NCBI GenBank assembly: GCA_965603125.1
Contig: CBFDBU010000001.1
Span: forward strand, 118,588 to 182,587
Direction of reading: 5' to 3'
Length of the DNA stretch: 64,000 nucleotides
From: an uncultured bacterium
Lineage (GTDB): Bacteria; Zixibacteria; MSB-5A5; GN15; FEB-12
Part shown: positions 37,046 through 47,142 of the stretch, one piece after another
Layout: each line of letters opens with the position of its first letter
Position numbering within the stretch: position 1 is the first letter of the stretch
Position numbers and translations under genes: made by a program
Notes under the pieces: generated by a model
What the model was told of the DNA's origin: nothing
Databases searched by the model: none
Seen by the model: only the letters and a program-made list of their open reading frames with translations

Positions 37046-39004
37046 ATGGTGCAACAAATGACCTACGACAACCAGGACATTAGCGCTCGCGAAAAGGAGA
37101 TCCGGTTCCTTCTGAAGGATTTCCTTAAAGTCATCAAGGTTGTCTCGATGTATCCTGAGAACAACCCTCTGCCGCTGTCTCTTAAGCGGTCGTTTGCCGA
37201 AAAACTGGTCAGTGTGGTACAGGCCCACGGGGAGTTCCGTATCGAGGTCGACCGCGACCGGTTGGTATTAGAGCATGAGATCGTCTTTGTGGACAAGTCC
37301 AAGGAGGAAAGCCTGGCCGGTCTGTTTTACGGCACCGGTATCAGTGAATTCTCCTTCAAATTCGGGCTCGATGTAGAGGACGTCTACAAGCTGCTTGACC
37401 TGGTCAGGGAGTATGTCAATTCCCCCGACAAGTCGCTGGACCTGGCCGGATCGATATGGGAGGCCGAAATCAACGGCTTTGTCTTCCGCACGGTCGAGGA
37501 TGTTGCCCTCTCGGACTACGACTCCAGCTTCAATATCCAGGAATACACGAGCGATCCCGACAGCGGGCGGATGAAGCGCTCCCAGTTCGGCACTGACCAT
37601 GACGAGAACTACACGGCGATTTTCGAGAGCAACGACGATTCGTACCATGAAAGCGAGTTGCAGTTCGACGACAGCGCCAAAATCGACATCATAGAAACCG
37701 TCACGGGGAAAGCCGCGCCCGGTTCCGGCTCTCCGTTCACGACCGTTGTGTCTTCGGCGCCGGCGGGCAAGGAACCAATTGAAGATGCCGGCGACTGGCC
37801 GGCATTGGCGGTGGGCGAGGCAGTCGAGGCACCGGATTGCCCGGAGGCACCCTCCCCACGACCCTCGATGCCGGACACAACCATAATACTCAACGATGAG
37901 TTCCGACTGTCGCGGGAAGAAGAAGCGATGGTACAGGAACTGCTGGCCGAGGACGCCCAATTCGATACCTACGAGTCGACACTTGAGCTGCTCAAGGAGA
38001 TGTTGCTCCAGGAGGGCGATATGGACGCCTTCTACGAGACGGTCACCGTCGGCGAGAAAGTCCTGACGGACCTTGTCAGGGCCGGGAGGCTTCCGGAGTC
38101 GGGCCAGTTGCTGCAATACCTGAAGGCACTGGAACAGCGTCTGCCTCCCGACAAGGGTCTCTGGGGCGAGCGGTTGCGCGACGCCGTCGTCACGGCAGGC
38201 AGCCGCGACCGGCTCAAAGTGCTTACGGAATCACTCAACGATCATCCCGAATTGGGCGTTGGCGAACTCAAACGTTATCTGGACAACCTCGGCTGGGAGG
38301 CTCTCAGCGCAATCACCGACTTGATGGGGGAACTGGAGCACAGGCTGCACCGCGAGACTCTGAGGGACTACCTCACAGCACGTGGAAAGGACAATATCGA
38401 TATCGTCGCCAGGGGAGTCTATGACAAACGCTGGTACGTGGTACGCAATGCGGTCACGATCTTAGCGGGGATTGGTGACGCCAGGGCAATCACCTACCTC
38501 AAGAAGGTAGTGAAACACGACGACCGCCGGGTTCGCCTGCAACTGGTCTCCTCACTCGGAGATTGTCCCAACGATGACGTGGTGTCGCTCCTGAAAGAGT
38601 GCATTTCCGATACCGATGCCGAAATAAGAAAGGGAGCTGTCGGCTCGCTGGTTGCCAGGAAAGACCAGGCCGCTCTTGACACCATCACCGACATACTGAA
38701 CGAGGAGGGCTTCCGGTCGCTGGGGCAGGACGATCAACAGACGCTGTTGAATGCCTTTTCCATGCTGGGCGGTGAAAAGGCAGTGTCTTACCTCTCACAA
38801 CTGATTTTGAAGACCAACCCGTTTCGGGACTCCGGCCTGGCCTTCTACCGGGCGGCCGCCTTTGAGGCCCTGACATTGAATCGCAGCAAGAAATGCGAGA
38901 GCTTCCTGGTCAAGCTGTCCGGAAGTTGGCGGCCCGACATCAAGCAGCAGGCGGTCGCCGCTCTGCAAAGGAGGCGCGAGATCATTTACGGAGAGAACGG
39001 ATGA
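37046..39004 (+). CDS. HEAT-repeat protein (PBS-lyase HEAT-like repeats at the C-terminus)
   Basis: 652 aa. The C-terminus reads WYVVRNAVTILAGIGDARAITYLKKVVKHDDRRVRLQLVSSLGDCPNDDVVSLLKECISDTDAEIRKGAVGSLV. The middle is acidic and low-complexity. Its stop codon overlaps the next gene's ATG (ATGA at 39001-39004). Confidence 0.75.
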   Translation: MVQQMTYDNQDISAREKEIRFLLKDFLKVIKVVSMYPENNPLPLSLKRSFAEKLVSVVQAHGEFRIEVDRDRLVLEHEIVFVDKSKEESLAGLFYGTGISEFSFKFGLDVEDVYKLLDLVREYVNSPDKSLDLAGSIWEAEINGFVFRTVEDVALSDYDSSFNIQEYTSDPDSGRMKRSQFGTDHDENYTAIFESNDDSYHESELQFDDSAKIDIIETVTGKAAPGSGSPFTTVVSSAPAGKEPIEDAGDWPALAVGEAVEAPDCPEAPSPRPSMPDTTIILNDEFRLSREEEAMVQELLAEDAQFDTYESTLELLKEMLLQEGDMDAFYETVTVGEKVLTDLVRAGRLPESGQLLQYLKALEQRLPPDKGLWGERLRDAVVTAGSRDRLKVLTESLNDHPELGVGELKRYLDNLGWEALSAITDLMGELEHRLHRETLRDYLTARGKDNIDIVARGVYDKRWYVVRNAVTILAGIGDARAITYLKKVVKHDDRRVRLQLVSSLGDCPNDDVVSLLKECISDTDAEIRKGAVGSLVARKDQAALDTITDILNEEGFRSLGQDDQQTLLNAFSMLGGEKAVSYLSQLILKTNPFRDSGLAFYRAAAFEALTLNRSKKCESFLVKLSGSWRPDIKQQAVAALQRRREIIYGENG

Positions 39005-40446
39005 ACACGGCGGCGAATCAATCCCTTAAACGGGTGCTGGGCGGGCTGGTCGAGGAAAAACTGCTGACCGCGTTCTTCGTCATCTACAAGACGGCACGCA
39101 TAATCGACCGGAACAACCCCACCTTCCAGAGACAGTGCCAGGTCTTTTTTGAACAGTTGCTGGCGGCCGGTCGTGTGAGCGGCGAAGTGGCCGTCAAGAT
39201 CATCGCCGGACGATACTTCGTCAACGAGAACATGCTTCGCTTTGACGACTCCGGCTTGTCCGGCGCCGCCTCGGTGGCTCGCGAATGGAAAGCGCTGGGG
39301 GTCGGGGGAGTGGCATTCTCCGAGGGCGTCTCCCAGAACGACGTAGCCACCTTTTTCCAGTTCATGGCTGCCGCCAAACCCAACTCAGAAAACCTGGAGA
39401 CTCTCTCCGAACGACTGAAAGCTCTACACCTCACGCACGTCCGCCTTCTTTCCGTAAGGGAGAAAGACGCCTCATACCAACTGGTAAGCGAGGAAACCCG
39501 TCGTCAGTTCCGGGCGGCGGCGCGGGCCACGTTCTTTCAGGCCATGACCGTTGCCGAGAAGGCCATGATCGACACGAGGGAACAGAAGACCATCAATGTA
39601 TCAAGGACCAAGCGCGTGATCCAGTCGCTGATTGACCACATTACCCGGGATGAATCCTCACTGATCGAGTTGACTTCGATAAAGGACTTTGACGATTACA
39701 CCTACGCCCATTCCACCAACGTCTGTGTCTACGCCCTCACCTTGGGCGTGAGAATCGGCCTCGACCGGTCCCGGCTGTCCCGGCTGGGCTTCACCTCCCT
39801 TTTCCATGACGTGGGCAAAGTAAGACTCCCCGCCGACCTGATCCGCAAGCCCGGATCGTACGATGAAGACGACTGGATCCAGATGCAGCGACACCCCCTG
39901 CTGGGAGCCAAGACAATCCTGCGCAATATGAAACTGGACGCCCACACGGCGCGAGCGGCCCGGGGTGCTTTCGAGCACCACATCAATCGTGACTACACTG
40001 GCTATCCCATGCTGCAGTATCGAAAGCGTCCGCTCAATCTCTTTTCACGCATTATCTCCATTGTCGATACCTTTGACGCCCTCAGTTCGGGACGGGTTTA
40101 CCTGAAGCAGGCCGTCCCGCCGGACGAGACCCTGCGCAAGATGCATTTCCAGATGAACACCAAGTTCGACGCCCTCCTCCTCAAGATATTCAACGATATC
40201 ATCGGTATCTTTCCTGCCGGTTCGCTGGTCCTTCTGACCACCGAAGAGATCGCCCTGGTGCTGACCAACAACGAAGCCGACCGCTCACGGCCTTATGTCA
40301 AGGTCGTCGGCAATCGCACCGGGTTGACTGAGACACCGGAATGGGCCGACCTCTCGCAGCCTGAGAATGCCCACCGGAAAATCGCGCGCATGGTTGATCC
40401 GCGCCGCTACGGATTGAACATCAAAGACTTCGTGTTGCAGGACTAA
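39001..40446 (+). CDS. HD-GYP domain protein (probable c-di-GMP phosphodiesterase)
   Basis: HSTNVCVYALTLG, LFHDVGK, MQRHPLLG and HHINRDYTGYPM match the HD...GYP signature. The ATG at 39001 overlaps the upstream stop codon. Confidence 0.85.
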   Translation: MNTAANQSLKRVLGGLVEEKLLTAFFVIYKTARIIDRNNPTFQRQCQVFFEQLLAAGRVSGEVAVKIIAGRYFVNENMLRFDDSGLSGAASVAREWKALGVGGVAFSEGVSQNDVATFFQFMAAAKPNSENLETLSERLKALHLTHVRLLSVREKDASYQLVSEETRRQFRAAARATFFQAMTVAEKAMIDTREQKTINVSRTKRVIQSLIDHITRDESSLIELTSIKDFDDYTYAHSTNVCVYALTLGVRIGLDRSRLSRLGFTSLFHDVGKVRLPADLIRKPGSYDEDDWIQMQRHPLLGAKTILRNMKLDAHTARAARGAFEHHINRDYTGYPMLQYRKRPLNLFSRIISIVDTFDALSSGRVYLKQAVPPDETLRKMHFQMNTKFDALLLKIFNDIIGIFPAGSLVLLTTEEIALVLTNNEADRSRPYVKVVGNRTGLTETPEWADLSQPENAHRKIARMVDPRRYGLNIKDFVLQD

Positions 40447-41042
40447 AAGGACAGTGACACCGAGGCCACGGGTCGGCCGTCGCTGTCGGGCGCCAGTTGT
40501 ATACTGAGCGCGGCGTCGTCCTCCTTCCGGGGAAAACCGGACAGGTGGGCGTCTACGTAGGCATCGAACAGGGAAAAGAAAGTGACGATCACGGCATACC
40601 AGGTAAGCTTGTTGCGTTCATCCTTTCGATCCCGGTACAGGCTGTAGTATTCGTTGCGAAGGGTGACGTTGCCGGGGTCGGCGGCGCCATAGAGCTTCCT
40701 GAAATCCGACGCCTGCCTCCCGTAGTGAATGGCCGACCCGATCATCCAGACATCGAGACCGAAAAACAGCACGGCCTTGAGGTAGCGGCGATTGCCCAAC
40801 TGCCCCAGCCCGGGAACCGCCAGGGACTTAAGAAGGGCGGTGGTGGGATTCTGGATCAGACGGGCTTCGCGATTGGTCGTATCGGTAACGGCGGCGAATG
40901 AGCGCAACATCTGTCCCGGCTCAAAGAGGAGGGTGTCGACCGGGATCTCCTCGCCCTGGGAGGTGTCCACCCCCGTGGAGTCGTAGGCAGCCACTCCGGT
41001 CGCCGACAGAAGGAGCACGACTATTATGAACGAGGTTCTCAC
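40443..41042 (-). CDS. DUF5683-like membrane protein
   Basis: Signal peptide, then LKSLAVPGLGQLGNRRYLKAVLFFGLDVWMIGSAIHY, resembling the DUF5683 core (PGlGQ.yN..ywK). Its stop codon overlaps the convergent HD-GYP stop codon (40443-40446). Confidence 0.6.
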   Translation of the reverse strand: MRTSFIIVVLLLSATGVAAYDSTGVDTSQGEEIPVDTLLFEPGQMLRSFAAVTDTTNREARLIQNPTTALLKSLAVPGLGQLGNRRYLKAVLFFGLDVWMIGSAIHYGRQASDFRKLYGAADPGNVTLRNEYYSLYRDRKDERNKLTWYAVIVTFFSLFDAYVDAHLSGFPRKEDDAALSIQLAPDSDGRPVASVSLSF

Positions 41043-41059
41043 CGCCCAGGCCCCTGCTG

Positions 41060-42004
41060 TCAGGAGTAGACTTTCAATTGCTTCTCAGCGATTTCTATTT
41101 CCACGATACTGGCCGGCACATCCAGGAGTTCGCCGTCGAGATACAAGGTACGGTTCCTGACATTCTGGAGAGTGATCACACTTCCCCGGAACAGACGCAC
41201 TGATTGACCGTAGATATACTTCTGCCTGAACGTCTGCCGTACGAAAGACGATACTTCGGCGGGGCCGGCGTCCACGTCGAAGACAACCTCCGCCCGCCCG
41301 TCATCGAAAAGTGACGCCGGAGTCAGTTGCAGCCCCAAAGCATAGGGCAGAAGATTGATGTTGAGAACGGTCGGTGCGATCTCGAACCGGAAAGAGTCGA
41401 CCTTTACTATTGTTTTTGCCGCTCTCGGCGCTGTCACCGCCTGGCTTGCCAGGCGTGACCAGCCTATGGCATACCGCGGACCGCTCTTGTCCTCCAGCAA
41501 GCGAGCCATCCGGGGAATCAGACCCAGGCACACCGATCCGAAAAACAACTGTCCGGCGGCCGTACCCGAATCCACTTTGCGGTAGGCACGGCCGACGATT
41601 TTGTCGATAGCCTCACGCCTCCCACTGGTCAGGCCGAACGAGGCAGCTATGTTGTTGAATCGACCCATGGGAAGGATTCCCAGCGGCATGTCCGCCTCGA
41701 GGGCGGCGCGAGCGGTCAGGTTGAAAGTTCCGTCTCCCCCACACGCCACCAGGCCGGTGACTTTCCCACGGCGGTCAGACTGTGAAGGAAGCCGATGGCG
41801 CCCCTTCTTGAGCCCGCAGGCAACCCTGGCCGCATCCAGAAGATCGGCTGCAGAACCAGGTCTGAGAACGGTGTAATGCCCTCCCTGCTGTCGGATCAGA
41901 GCGGTCAGCCGCTTGATGGGGCCCGGATCGTAACGCGCGGCGCGTTCGTTCACCAGCAGACAGAAGTGGGGTCGCTGTTCTTTCTGACGTCGTTTTCGTT
42001 GCAT
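41060..42004 (-). CDS. Diacylglycerol-kinase-family lipid kinase (YegS/BmrU-like)
   Basis: DAGK catalytic motif LVACGGDGTFN, length 314 aa. Confidence 0.8.
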   Translation of the reverse strand: MQRKRRQKEQRPHFCLLVNERAARYDPGPIKRLTALIRQQGGHYTVLRPGSAADLLDAARVACGLKKGRHRLPSQSDRRGKVTGLVACGGDGTFNLTARAALEADMPLGILPMGRFNNIAASFGLTSGRREAIDKIVGRAYRKVDSGTAAGQLFFGSVCLGLIPRMARLLEDKSGPRYAIGWSRLASQAVTAPRAAKTIVKVDSFRFEIAPTVLNINLLPYALGLQLTPASLFDDGRAEVVFDVDAGPAEVSSFVRQTFRQKYIYGQSVRLFRGSVITLQNVRNRTLYLDGELLDVPASIVEIEIAEKQLKVYS

Positions 42005-42235
42005 CCTGAGTATTATAACAAAAACACAACCACTGCGGAAACGGTTTGTGCGAATTCCCGATCTCCGATTCCGTCATCATGCCGGCTGTTTCCCCTCGCG
42101 CATCCCACATTCCACCGCAGGCGGGCAGGCCACCCAGGCATTGATTTTGTGCGTGGTGTACGCCCTCTTGCGCCGCGATCCCGTGTATGAGAAAATTCGG
42201 TTGGCGCACGAGAACGTACGCTGGCCACAAAAAAG

Positions 42236-42269
42236 CTACGGGGCAGACGATGCGTCTGCCGCCCACGAA
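42236..42269 (-). repeat. REP-like element, family 2 (TTCGTGGGCGGCAGAC-gcatc-GTCTGCCCC-GTAG on the minus strand)
   Basis: Read directly. It is near-identical in design to 59775-59805. Confidence 0.7.
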
Positions 42270-42524
42270 ACAGGCTGGCAATGCCGGTCTGTTCCGCTTT
42301 GCGCGAAGAACCGGCCACGCGGTGCGCTGCAACAAAGAACGCATCGCGTTTATTCTTTACAAGTGACTGCAGGAGACATATATTCCGCATTCCGAGGCCG
42401 AGGTCGACGGTATTTTATTGGTCGAAAAGGGCTTATTTGACGGTCGCGCGGCATGATGGAGCCTTCAGGCCGGGATCAATGGCAGGAATCCCGGCCAGGA
42501 CGTGCAACAAGAAAGAGACGGTAC

Positions 42525-44132
42525 ATGTTTCGGATTGAATCGAAAGTCGATACTAAGTCTGTACAGTACGCAGACAACTACGAGAAAAACAAGGCCCAGC
42601 ATCTTGAGTTCAAGGAGCGTCTTGAGAAAACCAAGAAGGGCGGGTCGGAAAAAGCCCGCAAGCGCCACACCGACCGCAAAAAGCTGCTGCCGCGCGATCG
42701 TGTAGCCAAGCTGCTTGATCGAAACACGCCGTTTCTGGAACTCAGCCCGCTTGCCGCCTGCGACATGTACGAGAACCAGGCCCCGGCGGCGGGAATCATC
42801 ACCGGCATCGGGTCTGTCCACGGCCGCGAAGTGATGGTGATCACCAACGACGCCACCGTCAAGGGGGGGACGTACTACCCGATAACGATTCTCAAGCACG
42901 GGCGCGCCCAGACGATAGCGGAAATCAACCACCTGCCCTGCATCTACCTGGTCGACTCCGGCGGCATCTTCCTGCCGCTGCAGTCGGGCACTTTCCCGGA
43001 CAAGGACCATTTCGGACGCATCTTTTACAACCAGGCGCGCATGTCGGCCCTGGGTATCGCGCAGATTTCGGTGGTCATGGGGTCATGCACGGCGGGCGGG
43101 GCATACCTGCCGGCAATGTCCGACGAGACAATCCAGGTCCGCAAGCAGGGGACTATCTTTATCGGCGGTCCGCCGCTGGTCAAGGCCGCCACCGGTGAAG
43201 TCGTGACCGACGAGGAACTCGGGGGCGCCGATGTCCATTGCCGCACTTCGGGCGTAAGCGATCACTACGCCCAGAACGACGAGCACGCCATTCAACTCGC
43301 GCGCAACGTCGTGCAGAACCTTAACCATCCTCCAAAAACGCACATTGACCTCACGGAATCGGAAGAACCCCACTATGACCCCGAGGAGCTCTATGGCGTG
43401 GTCTCCAACGATATCCGCAAGGGCTTCGATATCAGGGAGGTCATCGCGCGCATTGTCGACGGTTCACGCTTTCACGAATTTAAGGAACTCTACGGTACGA
43501 CGCTCGTGACCGGCTTTGCGCGGATCATGGGCTACCCGGTTGGGATCATCGGGAACAACGGTGTTCTATTTTCCGAGTCGTCGCTTAAGGGCGCGCACTT
43601 CATCGAACTGTGCACCGAGCGCAAAATTCCACTGATTTTTCTTCAGAACATCTCTGGTTTCATTGTCGGTCGCCAGTATGAAGCGGGCGGCATCGCGCGC
43701 GACGGCGCCAAGATGGTCCACGCAGTAGCCAACGCCGACGTACCCAAGTTCACGGTCGTCGTGGGTGGTTCTTACGGTGCGGGCAACTACGCGATGTGCG
43801 GGCGGGGTTACTTCCCGCGGCTCATGTGGATGTGGCCCAACGCCAAGATTTGCGTCATGGGGGGCGAGCAGGCCGCTGACGTTCTGGCCTCGGTCAAAGT
43901 GAAACAGCTTGAGAGAGAGGGCAAGAAGCTGACCGAAGAGGAAATCGAGGCTATCCGGCGACCGGTCATTGAGGACTACGAGCGGCAGTCCTCGCCGTAT
44001 TATTCCGGGGCGCGGTTGTGGGACGACGGGATAGTCGGTATGACCGAAACGCGCAACGCCCTGGCCCTGGGAATCTCGATGTCACTCAACGCGCCGATAC
44101 CGGACCAGAAATACGGAGTCTTCCGCATGTGA
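42525..44132 (+). CDS. mccB: Methylcrotonyl-CoA carboxylase carboxyltransferase (beta) subunit
   Basis: 535 aa from ATG 42525. [40 protein letters not shown] closely parallels the MCCC2/MccB N-terminal block. It has acyl-CoA carboxylase beta-type tandem crotonase folds. Confidence 0.8.
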   Translation: MFRIESKVDTKSVQYADNYEKNKAQHLEFKERLEKTKKGGSEKARKRHTDRKKLLPRDRVAKLLDRNTPFLELSPLAACDMYENQAPAAGIITGIGSVHGREVMVITNDATVKGGTYYPITILKHGRAQTIAEINHLPCIYLVDSGGIFLPLQSGTFPDKDHFGRIFYNQARMSALGIAQISVVMGSCTAGGAYLPAMSDETIQVRKQGTIFIGGPPLVKAATGEVVTDEELGGADVHCRTSGVSDHYAQNDEHAIQLARNVVQNLNHPPKTHIDLTESEEPHYDPEELYGVVSNDIRKGFDIREVIARIVDGSRFHEFKELYGTTLVTGFARIMGYPVGIIGNNGVLFSESSLKGAHFIELCTERKIPLIFLQNISGFIVGRQYEAGGIARDGAKMVHAVANADVPKFTVVVGGSYGAGNYAMCGRGYFPRLMWMWPNAKICVMGGEQAADVLASVKVKQLEREGKKLTEEEIEAIRRPVIEDYERQSSPYYSGARLWDDGIVGMTETRNALALGISMSLNAPIPDQKYGVFRM

Positions 44133-44152
44133 TGCGGCGGGGCCGATTCGCC

Positions 44153-44938
44153 ATGGATCTCAGCACGATAACTTACCACAAGGACGACCGCATCGCGCGG
44201 GTGACATTCAATCGCCCGGGGATTCACAACGCATTCAACGGCACCGTCCTCATTGAGATGTCACAGGTCTTCTCCGAAATCGAGAAGGACAAGGACATCC
44301 GCGTGGTGCTCCTGACCGGCAAGGGCAAATCGTTCTGCGCCGGGGCTGACCTCAACTGGATGCGGGATGTTGTCAAGCAATCGTTCGAGGAAAACCTCGC
44401 CGAGTCCAACGAACTCGCGGAGTTGTTCTACAAGATATATACCTGTCACCGACCGGTCGTAGGGCGAATAAACGGTGCAGCTATTGGCGGTGGCACCGGG
44501 TTTGTCGCCGTGTGCGATATCGCCATCGCAGCCCGTTCGGCGCAGTTCTCATTCTCGGAAGTCAAGATCGGCCTTGTGCCGGCGTGCATTGGCCCCTATG
44601 TCGTCAGGAAGATGGGTGAAGGCAGGGCGCGCGAGTTGTTTATCACCGGTGAACGAATGAACGGCGACCGCGCCCATGAGGTTGGCCTGGTCAACCGCGT
44701 TGTGGATGACGATCAGCTTGACGCCGAGGTGGATCGTATTGTCGGGACGTTGCTGTCGTCGGGGCCGGAGGCCGTCACGATGGCCAAGAAACTCGTGTCC
44801 GAGGTCCCCGGCATGACACCGGAGCGGTTCAAGCCGTTCACGGCGGAGATGATCGCCCGGCTGCGTATTTCAGAAGAAGGCCAGGAAGGGATGGACGCCT
44901 TTCTCAACAAACGCAAACCGAACTGGGTGGAGGATTGA
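44153..44938 (+). CDS. Enoyl-CoA hydratase, probably methylglutaconyl-CoA hydratase (LiuC-like)
   Basis: Crotonase-family motifs (ITYHKDDRIARVTFNRPGIHNAFNG, FCAGADL, AAIGGG). It sits between the MCC subunit genes. An alternative start at 44132 overlaps the mccB stop codon. Confidence 0.75.
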   Translation: MDLSTITYHKDDRIARVTFNRPGIHNAFNGTVLIEMSQVFSEIEKDKDIRVVLLTGKGKSFCAGADLNWMRDVVKQSFEENLAESNELAELFYKIYTCHRPVVGRINGAAIGGGTGFVAVCDIAIAARSAQFSFSEVKIGLVPACIGPYVVRKMGEGRARELFITGERMNGDRAHEVGLVNRVVDDDQLDAEVDRIVGTLLSSGPEAVTMAKKLVSEVPGMTPERFKPFTAEMIARLRISEEGQEGMDAFLNKRKPNWVED

Positions 44939-44961
44939 AGAAAGTCCCAAACCGGAATAGT

Positions 44962-46482
44962 ATGGACAAGCTGTTCAAGAAGATCTTAGTTGCCAACCGA
45001 TCTGAGATCGCGATCCGGGTGATGAACGCCTGCCGCACGTTGGGGATACCGTCGGTGGCCGTTTACTCCGACGCCGACGCGAAGAGCAGACACCGCCTGC
45101 CGGCAGATGAGTCGGTTCACATCGGCCCGTCACCACCGCGCGAATCGTACCTTGACATTGAAAAGATCATCGCTGCGGCAAAACAGGCCGGGTGCGACGC
45201 CATCCATCCCGGCTACGGTTTCCTGGCCGAGAACCCCGCCTTTGCCGGGCGTTGCGCCGAGGAGAAGATCACGTTTATCGGGCCGTCGCCCGATGCAATC
45301 GCGCTGCTCGGCAACAAGGTGGCATCCCGAACAAAGATGGCCGGCGCCGGTATCCCGTTGATTCCCGGCATGAAGGGAACCGAGACCGATCTCGACGTCT
45401 ATCGGAAGGCCGCTGAGACGGCAGGATACCCGGTCATCATTAAGGCCGCCGCCGGTGGGGGGGGAAAGGGGATGCGCATAGTCCACGATGCCGAGGGGTT
45501 GGCCGATGCCGTCGACGCCGCCCGCCGCGAGGCAAAGAACGCCTTTGATGACGACACCGTTTACCTTGAGAAGTACATCGTCAACCCGCGTCACATCGAG
45601 TTTCAGATCATGGCCGACCATCATGGGAACACCGTCCACGTGTTTGAGCGGGAGTGTTCCATCCAGCGACGGCACCAGAAGATAATCGAAGAAACGCCGT
45701 CGACGGCGCTCGATAACGACACCCGCGCCCGGATGGGAGCCGACGCCGTCAGGGTAGCGCAGGCGGCCGGTTACACCAATGCGGGAACGGTGGAGTTTCT
45801 CTTTGACCAGAGCGGCCATTACTACTTCCTGGAAATGAACACCCGCATCCAAGTCGAGCACCCGGTCACCGAGATGGTCACCGGCGTCGACCTGGTTATC
45901 GAGCAGATTCGTATCGCCGCCGGGTTGCCACTGTCGGATCATTTCAGAAATCTCTCTCAGCGGGGTCACGCGATCGAGTGCCGCGTCTACGCCGAAGACG
46001 GCGAGGACAACTTCATGCCCTCAACCGGCAGGATCGCCTGCTACCGCGAACCGACCGGTCCGGGCATCAGGGTCGACTCGGGAGTGACAGCCGGGACGGA
46101 AGTGACAATCGATTACGATCCCATCATGGCCAAACTGATCGCACATGCACCCACCCGCGAATTGGCTATCAGGAAGATGATCGACGCCCTGCACAACTAC
46201 AAAATTCTCGGTGTGAAAACATCGAAGAAGTTCATGGTCGACGTGCTGAGCCATCCAGAGTTCGCCTCTGGGAGAACCTATACCGACTTCATCGAGAGAA
46301 ATATGGTCGATCGCAAACTCGACATGGGACAATTCAAAGAATTAGCGGTGGCAGCAGCGGCTGCAGCGTCATCTTTCGGTAACAGGAGATCGCCGACCTC
46401 TGTCACGGACAGTGGCGCGGGGCGGACCTCGGTCTGGCGCAGTGTGGGAAGCTGGCAAGTGGGAGACCTGATCCATGAGTGA
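44962..46482 (+). CDS. Biotin carboxylase subunit of an acyl-CoA (methylcrotonyl-CoA) carboxylase, lacking a fused BCCP domain
   Basis: FKKILVANRSEIAIRVMNACRTLGI, the ATP-grasp motifs (GGGGKGMRIV, EMNTRIQVEHPVTE), and termination about 60 aa after the BC domain. Confidence 0.85.
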   Translation: MDKLFKKILVANRSEIAIRVMNACRTLGIPSVAVYSDADAKSRHRLPADESVHIGPSPPRESYLDIEKIIAAAKQAGCDAIHPGYGFLAENPAFAGRCAEEKITFIGPSPDAIALLGNKVASRTKMAGAGIPLIPGMKGTETDLDVYRKAAETAGYPVIIKAAAGGGGKGMRIVHDAEGLADAVDAARREAKNAFDDDTVYLEKYIVNPRHIEFQIMADHHGNTVHVFERECSIQRRHQKIIEETPSTALDNDTRARMGADAVRVAQAAGYTNAGTVEFLFDQSGHYYFLEMNTRIQVEHPVTEMVTGVDLVIEQIRIAAGLPLSDHFRNLSQRGHAIECRVYAEDGEDNFMPSTGRIACYREPTGPGIRVDSGVTAGTEVTIDYDPIMAKLIAHAPTRELAIRKMIDALHNYKILGVKTSKKFMVDVLSHPEFASGRTYTDFIERNMVDRKLDMGQFKELAVAAAAAASSFGNRRSPTSVTDSGAGRTSVWRSVGSWQVGDLIHE

Positions 46483-46548
46483 GGCGAACGTGTGCATCCA
46501 CGGATGGCAAACCGACAGGCTGAGTCATGCAGAACAGGGGTCGGTCCG

Positions 46549-47046
46549 ATGAGCACCGGTGAGTTCGTCTTTGAAGATGGTATCATATCAGCCACATGTG
46601 AGAAGGCCGGAGATCGGCTGCTGGTGAAAATCGGAGAGAGGGAATACCTCTTCCAGCCGATTGGAGAAAACCTTTTTTCCACGAACGTAAACGGTGCCGC
46701 CTGCATTATCGGTGTCGTGGAAGACGGAGGCACTTATTTCGTCGACATAGACTCGGTTCTGCTTGAAGTAACGGAACCGTCCGAGGACGGCTTCGCCGGC
46801 GGTGCGGGCAGCCTGGCCGGAGAAAAGGACAAAGTCTTCGCGCCCATGCCGGGAAAGATCGTCAAGGTTCTGGTTGGGGTTGGCGATGAAGTGGCGGTCA
46901 GGCAGTCGATGGCTATTGTCGAGGCGATGAAGATGGAGAACGTCATTGTCTCGCGGGCGGCGGGGCGGGTGAAAGCGGTCAATTTCGCGCCCGGCGACCA
47001 GGTGGACACCGAAAGCCCGATCATCGAGCTGGAGCTGGGGGAGTAG
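46549..47046 (+). CDS. Biotin carboxyl carrier protein (biotinyl domain)
   Basis: The C-terminal domain carries the biotinylation motif VEAMKMEN. The start is uncertain: ATG 46549 or GTG 46492. Confidence 0.75.
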   Translation: MSTGEFVFEDGIISATCEKAGDRLLVKIGEREYLFQPIGENLFSTNVNGAACIIGVVEDGGTYFVDIDSVLLEVTEPSEDGFAGGAGSLAGEKDKVFAPMPGKIVKVLVGVGDEVAVRQSMAIVEAMKMENVIVSRAAGRVKAVNFAPGDQVDTESPIIELELGE

Positions 47047-47093
47047 GCTACCGGTCAGTTTGCCTGTACCATAGGACAGTAGCTTCGAGTATA

Positions 47094-47124
47094 AAAAAAC
47101 CGGCGTGTGGACGCCGGCTTTTTT
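47094..47124. terminator. Bidirectional Rho-independent terminator between convergent genes
   Basis: A6-CCGGCGT-gtgg-ACGCCGG-C-T6. The stem is 47100-47117, flanked by an A-run and a T-run. Confidence 0.8.
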
Positions 47125-47142
47125 GCCTGCTACCGCAAGAAC

